A stretch of 32,000 nt of DNA, taken from Pyrolobus fumarii 1A (lineage in GTDB: Archaea > Thermoproteota > Thermoprotei_A > Sulfolobales > Pyrodictiaceae). The DNA lies in the NCBI RefSeq assembly GCF_000223395.1, contig NC_015931.1, forward strand, positions 1,200,001 through 1,232,000, read 5' to 3'. Below the pieces are notes generated by a model. That model saw only the letters and a program-made list of their open reading frames with translations, ran no database searches and had not been told where the DNA came from. The translations under genes were made by a program, and so were the position numbers. Positions 23,889 to 30,708 of this stretch are shown here, piece after piece; position 1 is the stretch's first letter, and each line of letters begins with the position of its first letter.

Positions 23889-23908
23889 CCGCCTAAATTG
23901 TTAAGCGG
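23889..23908. promoter_or_regulatory. Imperfect palindrome in the divergent intergenic region between tmcA paralogue 2 and hypothetical gene 23956
   Basis: CCGCCTAA-ATTG-TTAAGCGG pairs at 7 of 8 arm positions with a 4-nt spacer. It lies 45 nt upstream of TTG 23844 and 48 nt upstream of GTG 23956. Confidence 0.25.
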
Positions 23909-23955
23909 AATGGTTAGAGATTAAAGGGTGGGCAAACCGGCCCCCGCTACCATGG

Positions 23956-24468
23956 GTGAGAGAATTATTCGCGAAATGCATGTCCAATGGTGAGAATATG
24001 CGCGTGGAGAGGGGGCGCACGTTCGAGCTGCACGTTAAGGAGCCTACCGTACTGGTCGTGATACGCGGTATAGCACGTGTAAAGGCTCCCAACGGGCTAC
24101 ACGCCGAGCTAGGGCCATGCACGATGCTCTACCTCCCGGGTGGCATGAAGGTACAGATAGAGGCGCCCTGGGAGGACGTGGAGGTACGCCCGATGAAGAG
24201 CTATGATATGGGCCGAGAGCCGCGTCTACTTTACAACGGGTATGCCGTCAAGAGCCCCACGGGCGAAGCAGCCCTCTGTATACACGTGACCAACGAGGGT
24301 ACCCGCGTGCTTATGCCCGCAGAGGCCTACATAGTCGCCGGTAAGGTGCTCGTCAAGCAGAACGGATCAGCACGGATACTAGAAGACGGTGAGAAGCTAG
24401 AGCCGCACGCGTTGCTACTTCCGGAGGGCGGCAGGAGAGCCACAGTACTACTCCTGGCGAGACCATAA
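23956..24468 (+). CDS. Hypothetical protein, beta-rich, possibly cupin-like
   Basis: This ORF of up to 170 aa contains two similar segments ending in LYLPGG and LLLPEGG. I recognised no family signature. The start is uncertain (GTG 23956, ATG 23980 or ATG 23998). Confidence 0.4.
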   Translation: MRELFAKCMSNGENMRVERGRTFELHVKEPTVLVVIRGIARVKAPNGLHAELGPCTMLYLPGGMKVQIEAPWEDVEVRPMKSYDMGREPRLLYNGYAVKSPTGEAALCIHVTNEGTRVLMPAEAYIVAGKVLVKQNGSARILEDGEKLEPHALLLPEGGRRATVLLLARP

Positions 24469-24713
24469 GCACCTCAGGGCCCGAAGATCTCCTCACCGGC
24501 CGCCCCTCGGGGGCCCATCAGTTCATCAACGGGCTCCTAGATGTTACCAACGCTACATCCGCCCATTAATACTATAGCCTAACGGCGACCTCGTGGGAGG
24601 CGCGGAAGACGTGTACTCGAGAATGGCGCAAAATGCGAGACCCAGCGTTTTTGCCCCAGTTATTCTATGAATCGAAAGGAGCGTCCATCGCGTGAGACAG
24701 TAGAACCGTGCAG

Positions 24714-24730
24714 AGTTTTTGTTAAAAACT
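24714..24730 (-). terminator. Hairpin with T-run immediately after the inositol-phosphate synthase stop
   Basis: On the minus strand, 2 nt after the TAA stop (24733-24735), the sequence reads AGTTTTT-AAC-AAAAACT. This gives a 7-bp stem containing an oligo-T tract, and oligo-T is the usual archaeal termination signal. Confidence 0.4.
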
Positions 24731-24732
24731 GT

Positions 24733-25983
24733 TTAGGCTAGCTTGCGCAGCCTTGCGAGATCCTCAATGAAGGTGTGGACGCTGTACCTGGGTATCTTCT
24801 CGAGCGCCTCGTGCCTTAGTAGCCAGTCGATGAGCAGCTGGTAGGCTACGATCCTGGAGATGGACTTGGCGCCAGCCGGCCCTGGGTTCTTCATGAAGAA
24901 GGCGTTGATCTCGTAGATGGTGCCCTTCTCGCCGTGCTCGAGCGCAATCTTTGCTGTGCGGATGACGTCTACTAGTAGGCCTGCTAGGGCTGGGCTGTCG
25001 TTAATCCTAACGTTTACTATCATCTCGTCGACTGCGCCGTTGAAGCTTATGTACTCGATGTGCATCGAGACGAACTTCTTGTCACCGAGCGGCTCTAGGT
25101 AGCCGGTTGGCTTGATGAAGTGTGGCGCGTCATAACCTAGGATGTCCTTCACGATGCTGCTCTTCGTTGTCTCCTTGGCCTTGTTCCTCTCCGGGTCTAG
25201 TAGCGCCAGGAAGTCAAGGTTGCCACCGATGTTGAACTGGACAACGCCCTTCACGTACCTGTTCCTCTCGGCGAGGTGCTCTAGGAGGTCGCTGGTTAGT
25301 GGGGTGGCGCCGCTGGCACCGTCATCGCCTAGGACTATGCTGTTGCGCTGTGCTGCGGCGTTTACAGCCGCCTCGTCCCTAGCGAGGGTGATTGGTATCG
25401 CGTTGGCGAAGGCGACAGGCTTCACGGTCTCAGCGTATAGCATTGCTGCATAGTAGTAGGCGTAGGTTGCCGGTAGCTTGCCACCCTCCCACTCGCCACC
25501 CTTCTTGATAGCCTCTACTAGCTTCTCCCAGTTGCCGATGCCCGGGCCCTTCTCGGTGGTGATCACGTTGACGATAACGTCAACCTTGGCCTTCTCCCAC
25601 TCCGAGACAATCCTCTCCACGGCATCCTGTAGGCTCGTCTCCTCCTCTAGACCCCTAGCCTTGAGGGGTAGGCCCCTTGTGCTCCCCAGGTGGATACCCC
25701 TACTGACCCTCACCTCCTTGAGGGTCTCTGGGATCCTAAGGTTCGGGAAGTACTGCTGAGCAACCTCGTAGAGAGTCTTCCCAACCTTCGCCTCATCGAC
25801 ATCAATGCTATGTACGATCTTGATGTCCGTTAGCTTGGGCTCTCTTAGGAAGTCCTTTGGGAAGCCAAAGGGCACGCCCCACGCTGGTATCTCGCCAGCC
25901 TTTATCCTCTCTAAACCGACGGCCAACGTCGTGCCTACATAACCCTGCCCGAGTATCGCTACGCGAACCTCCACGCCGCTCAC
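24733..25983 (-). CDS. myo-Inositol-1-phosphate synthase family protein
   Basis: An N-terminal Rossmann segment VRVAILGQGYVGTTLAVG is followed by LGDDGASGATPLTSDLL, FNIGGNLDFLAL, a KSS segment and DSPALAGLLVDVIRTAK. This parallels archaeal MIPS architecture as I recall it for the A. fulgidus enzyme. Confidence 0.72.
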   Translation of the reverse strand: MSGVEVRVAILGQGYVGTTLAVGLERIKAGEIPAWGVPFGFPKDFLREPKLTDIKIVHSIDVDEAKVGKTLYEVAQQYFPNLRIPETLKEVRVSRGIHLGSTRGLPLKARGLEEETSLQDAVERIVSEWEKAKVDVIVNVITTEKGPGIGNWEKLVEAIKKGGEWEGGKLPATYAYYYAAMLYAETVKPVAFANAIPITLARDEAAVNAAAQRNSIVLGDDGASGATPLTSDLLEHLAERNRYVKGVVQFNIGGNLDFLALLDPERNKAKETTKSSIVKDILGYDAPHFIKPTGYLEPLGDKKFVSMHIEYISFNGAVDEMIVNVRINDSPALAGLLVDVIRTAKIALEHGEKGTIYEINAFFMKNPGPAGAKSISRIVAYQLLIDWLLRHEALEKIPRYSVHTFIEDLARLRKLA

Positions 25984-26083
25984 CCTACCAGTGTGAGTTT
26001 AGGGCACGCCCAACGTCTCCACCTGTATAATAGGATTACCCCTACAACTTACAACATAGCACATTAACAATGATAATCGTCTT

Positions 26084-26491
26084 TTACCCAACCGCGTCAA
26101 CAATGCCCAGCTCCACGAGGATCTCTGGAATTTCACGTAGGGTGCGCGGCTCGAACGCCGGCGGGAAGAACACGCGACACCAGCTGGTGTACCTCGAGCC
26201 TAGCTCGTAGAGCGCCTCGTCTACAGCCCTCGCTTCAAGCGGGCTATCAGCGCCACGTGACACACAAAGCGGGCTGGCGGTGGGCGGCGCAACGGCGACT
26301 ACCAGGTTACCACCGCTCGTCAAGAGTATGAGGACAAGCCTATTCTCACCATTCCACTCGGCAGGCATAGCCACGTAGGCTTCGAAGCTCTTGTCTTCGT
26401 TGGGTCTCCTAGCGCGTATAGCGATAACATGACGCTCAAGGGCAAATAGCCTAGCTTCGCGCATGAACTCCTCTATGCTCGGTTTTAGCAC
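26084..26491 (-). CDS. Hypothetical protein (135 aa), divergent from feoB
   Basis: The GTG start is preceded by GGGAGAGG. I recognised no family motif. It shares the 83-nt intergenic region, including the T7AA element and palindromes, with feoB. Confidence 0.4.
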   Translation of the reverse strand: MLKPSIEEFMREARLFALERHVIAIRARRPNEDKSFEAYVAMPAEWNGENRLVLILLTSGGNLVVAVAPPTASPLCVSRGADSPLEARAVDEALYELGSRYTSWCRVFFPPAFEPRTLREIPEILVELGIVDAVG

Positions 26492-26525
26492 GGACCTCTC
26501 CCGTCGACCCTCAAACTAGACTAGA

Positions 26526-26563
26526 TTTTTTTAATTCGGACACCCGAATTAGGTCCCCCTAAC
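26526..26563. promoter_or_regulatory. Bidirectional promoter/operator region between hypothetical gene 26084-26491 and feoB
   Basis: A T7AA TATA-like run (26526-26534) is followed by a perfect 8-4-8 palindrome TAATTCGG-ACAC-CCGAATTA (26532-26551). That palindrome overlaps a second one, TTAGG-TCCC-CCTAA (26549-26562). All of this lies 12-49 nt upstream of the feoB TTG. Confidence 0.45.
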
Positions 26564-26574
26564 CGGGGTAGTGG

Positions 26575-28773
26575 TTGAGCAGGGAATGCAAGCAAGCTCC
26601 GAGGGACGTTAGAGCCGCTACATGCAAGTGTCACCTAACCCCTAGCCTAGTTGTAAAACAAGAGTGCAGCATTGTAGCAGCGTTAGCCGGTGCCCCGAAC
26701 GTAGGCAAGACCAGTCTCTTCAACACGCTAACCGGGCGAGCCGAGCGTGTAGCCAACTGGACGGGCGTCACCGTCGATCTGAAGACAGCCGTCGTCCCCT
26801 ATGACAATCAGAGACTGTGCATAGTGGACCTACCCGGAACCTACGGTCTAAGCGGCTCCGGCCCAGAGGAACAAGTGGCCAGGGACTTCCTCATACACCA
26901 GAAGCCAGACGTGATAATCGCACTGGCGGATGCGACCAACTTGGAGAAGACGCTCTACCTCCCGCTGGAGGTCGCCGAGTACAGCGGCAACACGATCATA
27001 GCATTGACTAAGATTGATGCCGCCGAGGCCAAGGGGATAAAGATAGACGTTGAGGGGTTGTCTAGAGACCTTGGCATCCCCGTGGTCGCGACAAGCTCGC
27101 TGAGAGGTCTGGGCCTCGACACGCTGCAAGAGACTATTGTGAAGGTGGCTAGCCGCCCGGGGAAACCACTCCACATAGACTACGGCGATCTCGAAGAATA
27201 CATAGCTAAGCTTGAGGAGCTGCTACGCTCGGAGTGCAAGTCGACACGAGATGGTTTAACCAGGTGGCTTGCCGTTAGGCTCTTGGAGGGTCTAGACTGG
27301 GCACCGAGGATCGTCGAGGAGCTCTGCGGCGAAGCTGCCAAGAGGGTTATCGAAGAGGCTGAGAGGCTTAGGGATGAGTATCGGAGGCGTACGGGCAAGG
27401 ATCCCGGCCAACATGCCGTTGCGGCCAGGTACCGTATGGTTGAGAAGCTCGTCGAGAAGCATGTAGTCAAGAGGCCTGCTAGAGACTCGAGTCTCACAAA
27501 GGTGGATGTTCTGCTGTTGCACCCGATTGCTGGGCCGGTCCTATCGCTGCTCCTGCTGCTAGGCGCCTTCCTTCTCGTCTTTACGTTGAACACCGGCTTC
27601 CCACTAAACATGATACTCGACGCGCTGGGTTTCAGTGAAGCCGCCGCTCTGCTCGAAGAGTATAGCATAGCAGGCATCCTGGGCATGATCTTCGGGCACA
27701 TCGCTGATATCATAAGGGGTAGCGTCCGGCCCGAGTGGCTTGCAAGCCTCCTAGCCGATGGTATTGTGAGCGGCGTCGGCCTGGTGCTCAGCTTTACACC
27801 ACTAATAGCGTTCGTCTACGCCGTGTTCGGCGCGCTTGAGGATACGGGGCTCGCGCCAAGGATAGCTGTGGCTTTTGACAGGTTCCTACGCAAGTTTGGT
27901 GTCGGCGGAAAGGCGATATTCCCGGCTATAATGGGGCTTGGGTGTAATGTTCCCGCCGTCACAGCAGCGAGGATTATCGAGTCTAGTAGAGAGAGGCTAG
28001 TGACTATCCTGGCCGTACCGTTGATACCGTGCCAGGCGAGACTAGTGGTTATACTCGCGTTCACAGCGGCTTTCTTTGCGGAGCACGGGCCCCTCGTCAC
28101 AGCGGTAGTGGCACTCAGCATGTACGCGGTGGCCTATGCGGTCTTCCTCCTCACGACATGGATTCTCTCAAAACTGCTCGGCAACGAGGTCAACGAAGAG
28201 TACTTCATCGAGCTGCCGCCTTTGCAAAAACCGAGCTGGAAGGTCATCTGGTGGTACGTGCGTAGTAGTGTGGAGCACTTCCTCGTAAGGGCTGGCACGA
28301 TAATACTCGTGCTGAGCATCGTAACATGGTTCGCCACGAGCTACACACCAGTGCTGGCACCCACAGATGACCCGGGCGAGTCTATAGCAGCGAGTGTCGG
28401 CAAAGCACTCGCACCACTAATAGAGATTGTATTCGACGTTAGCCACGATATTGCGTGGAGACTGGGATTCGGGTTCGTCCAGGGGCTAGCTGCTAAAGAG
28501 GTGTTCCTAGAGGCTCTTGCAATGACCGCGCCGGAGGGCATACCGAAGACATCCCCGGAAGAGGCGATAAGCTACCTTAACCTGACGCCCGCCCAGGCAT
28601 ACGCGGTGCTACTAGCCGTAACGCTCTACATGCCATGTGTAGCCACCCTTGCCACTATATACAGCGAGGTTAGAAACGGGAAGTTGACTGCAGCTATCCT
28701 CGCGTACACGTTGAGCCTCGCTACGCTACTAGCTTTCGCCGCTAGAGTCGTACTCCAGATGCTTCTCGCCTAG
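26575..28773 (+). CDS. feoB: Ferrous iron transporter FeoB (G-domain plus permease)
   Basis: The G1 motif GAPNVGKTSLFN, G3 motif DLPGTYGL, G4 motif LTKID and a long polytopic C-terminal region identify FeoB. TTG 26575 is the only canonical in-frame start between the stop at 26569-26571 and the G1 motif. Confidence 0.9.
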   Translation: MSRECKQAPRDVRAATCKCHLTPSLVVKQECSIVAALAGAPNVGKTSLFNTLTGRAERVANWTGVTVDLKTAVVPYDNQRLCIVDLPGTYGLSGSGPEEQVARDFLIHQKPDVIIALADATNLEKTLYLPLEVAEYSGNTIIALTKIDAAEAKGIKIDVEGLSRDLGIPVVATSSLRGLGLDTLQETIVKVASRPGKPLHIDYGDLEEYIAKLEELLRSECKSTRDGLTRWLAVRLLEGLDWAPRIVEELCGEAAKRVIEEAERLRDEYRRRTGKDPGQHAVAARYRMVEKLVEKHVVKRPARDSSLTKVDVLLLHPIAGPVLSLLLLLGAFLLVFTLNTGFPLNMILDALGFSEAAALLEEYSIAGILGMIFGHIADIIRGSVRPEWLASLLADGIVSGVGLVLSFTPLIAFVYAVFGALEDTGLAPRIAVAFDRFLRKFGVGGKAIFPAIMGLGCNVPAVTAARIIESSRERLVTILAVPLIPCQARLVVILAFTAAFFAEHGPLVTAVVALSMYAVAYAVFLLTTWILSKLLGNEVNEEYFIELPPLQKPSWKVIWWYVRSSVEHFLVRAGTIILVLSIVTWFATSYTPVLAPTDDPGESIAASVGKALAPLIEIVFDVSHDIAWRLGFGFVQGLAAKEVFLEALAMTAPEGIPKTSPEEAISYLNLTPAQAYAVLLAVTLYMPCVATLATIYSEVRNGKLTAAILAYTLSLATLLAFAARVVLQMLLA

Positions 28774-28910
28774 CAGGCTCTGAAGCACGAACATTAAACG
28801 CCTAGTTGCCGTGTACATACGCTGGGCGGCTCCACCGGCTCCCGCGAGGCCCCCGCGGGGGGTCTATGAGCGGGGGTCCTTTGGGCGCCCGCCATCCCCG
28901 CTTATAGTGT

Positions 28911-28929
28911 AGGCGTCCTGTGGACGCCT
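28911..28929. promoter_or_regulatory. Perfect palindrome between a TATA-like element and the pheT Shine-Dalgarno sequence
   Basis: AGGCGTCC-TGT-GGACGCCT has 8-bp arms. It lies just downstream of CTTATA (28901-28906) and directly upstream of GGGGAGGG (28931-28938) and TTG 28945. Confidence 0.25.
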
Positions 28930-28944
28930 TGGGGAGGGTAGCGG

Positions 28945-30636
28945 TTGCCCACGTTGCGTTTCCTTGCACCAAGGTTGTTCGAGGCTATAGGCTCTAGCGT
29001 CACACGCCAGGAGCTGGAGGAGTTACTGTTCCGGCTGAAGTGCGAGACCGAATGGGGGGAGGGCGACGAGGTCTACGTTGAGGTTAACGCTGACCGCCCG
29101 GACATGTTTAGCGTTGAGGGTATCGCGAGAGCTGTTCGTGGGCTTCTGGGTATCGAGACGGGTCTGCCTAGCTATGAGCACGTGCCGTCCGGGTTCACGC
29201 TTAGGGTCGAGAGCGTCCCGTCTAGGCCCTTTATCGCCGCTGGAGTGGTTTACGACGTGTATGTCGACGGGGTTTTCCTGGAGGAGCTTATACAGTTCCA
29301 GGAGAAGCTCCACGAGACCCTGGGGCGCGGCAGGAGGAGGGTAGCGATAGGCATCCACGACCTGGAGAAGGTGCCATCAAAGAACCTGGTCTACCGCGAG
29401 GTGAACATAGACGAGGTGCGCTTCACGCCCCTCCACGGAGATAGGGAGATGAGCGTGCGTGAGATCCTCGCGGAGACCGAGCAGGGTAGGAAGTACGGGG
29501 CGATATCGCTACGCGGCGATAGACACCCGGTCTTCGCGACGGAGGATGGGGTTGTGCTCAGCCTGCCTCCGGTGATAAACGCGGATGTGACACGTGTTGA
29601 GCCCGGCACGAGACACCTCCTCATAGACGTGACGGGCACATCATGGGAGGCGGTCAAGCAGGTTCTAAACGTGCTGGTCTATACCCTCGCCGAGAGGAGC
29701 CGCTCGAAGAGAGTCGGCATCGTCAGGCTTGTCGGTGCTCCCGAGTCGGAGACCCCAGTATGGTCGACGAGGAGTATCACAGCTAGCCATGAGAGGATCG
29801 TGGCGTGGCTGGGAGCGAGGCTAGAACCCAGTGATGTGGTAGATGCGCTCGAGAGGATGAGGCACAATGCCGAGTACGACGCAGGCGCGTACACGGTTGA
29901 GGCTGCACCCTACCGCGTAGACGTCTCCACATGGGTTGACGTGGCGGAGGACGTTGCAATAGGCATCGGGTACGATAGGGTAGGGTGGCAGGCACCGCCC
30001 CCCACCACCAGGGGCTCTCTTTCACCGATTCGAGGCCTAGAGAGGAGCATACGCGTGATACTAGCTGGGTACGGGTTCCAAGAGGTGTATAGCTTCACGC
30101 TGACAAGCTGCGAGAGACAAGAGGAGCTAGGAGCAGTACCTACAACGATGCTCGTGAGGGTCGCAAACCCAGTCAGCAGGGAGCTAGCCTGCCTGCGCGC
30201 CTCGATAACCCCCCAGCTCCTAGAGCTGGCCGCCCAGAACCAGCACATCGTGCCACTCCGCATATTCGAGATGGGGGATGTGGCCCTCGTGGACGAGAGT
30301 CGACCCGAGAAGGTAAGGATTGAGAAACATCTAGCAATACTATTGATGGATGAGCGCGTAGGCTATGAGGATATCCAGTCGTACGTGTGGGGTCTTGTAA
30401 GGCTCCTGGGCGACGAGATAAGGGAAGTTGAGGAGGTAGACCATCCGCTGTTGATACCAGGTAGGGCCGCGAGGATAAAGACACGAGACGGCCTGGAGGG
30501 CATCCTAGGCGAGGTACACCCAGCACACCTAGAGAAGCTAGAGATACGCTACCCAGTCGCAATAGCCGAGCTAAGGTATGACACAGTAGCAAAACCGCGC
30601 CTAGCCAACCCCTACAAAGCTCTCCACAGCAGCTAG
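28945..30636 (+). CDS. pheT: Phenylalanyl-tRNA synthetase beta subunit (archaeal type)
   Basis: The 563-aa protein has an archaeal PheT-like N-terminus (MPTLRF ... ELEELLFRLKCE), a B3/4-like region (ISLRGDRHPVFATEDGVVLSLPPVINAD) and a class II-like C-terminal core. The TTG start is preceded by GGGGAGGG. Confidence 0.85.
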   Translation: MPTLRFLAPRLFEAIGSSVTRQELEELLFRLKCETEWGEGDEVYVEVNADRPDMFSVEGIARAVRGLLGIETGLPSYEHVPSGFTLRVESVPSRPFIAAGVVYDVYVDGVFLEELIQFQEKLHETLGRGRRRVAIGIHDLEKVPSKNLVYREVNIDEVRFTPLHGDREMSVREILAETEQGRKYGAISLRGDRHPVFATEDGVVLSLPPVINADVTRVEPGTRHLLIDVTGTSWEAVKQVLNVLVYTLAERSRSKRVGIVRLVGAPESETPVWSTRSITASHERIVAWLGARLEPSDVVDALERMRHNAEYDAGAYTVEAAPYRVDVSTWVDVAEDVAIGIGYDRVGWQAPPPTTRGSLSPIRGLERSIRVILAGYGFQEVYSFTLTSCERQEELGAVPTTMLVRVANPVSRELACLRASITPQLLELAAQNQHIVPLRIFEMGDVALVDESRPEKVRIEKHLAILLMDERVGYEDIQSYVWGLVRLLGDEIREVEEVDHPLLIPGRAARIKTRDGLEGILGEVHPAHLEKLEIRYPVAIAELRYDTVAKPRLANPYKALHSS

Positions 30637-30708
30637 AGCATCAGACAGACATATATGCGGTGCAACAACTAGAGCGCTGGCAAGCAACTACTAGAATTAA
30701 CAGAAAGT

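Noticed and set aside
28815-28886. A possible tRNA in the GC-rich spacer upstream of pheT. The stretch is about 70 nt, begins GGGCGGC, ends GCCCGCCA, and contains a hairpin with a 7-nt loop carrying GCC.
   Set aside because: The putative acceptor arms do not pair (G3 faces G70). The loop reads AGGCCCC, so the near-universal U33 is missing, and its stem is 6 bp rather than 5. There is no GTTC-type T-loop or D-arm.
295-30592. Many long antisense or off-frame ORFs in the track, for example 295-663, 1582-2013, 12257-12796, 20012-20446, 23033-23458, 27180-27713, 29910-30263 and 30173-30592.
   Set aside because: Each lies entirely within a strongly supported gene on the other strand or in another frame. 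They have Ser/Arg/Pro/Ala-rich low-complexity compositions typical of shadow ORFs in GC-rich DNA.
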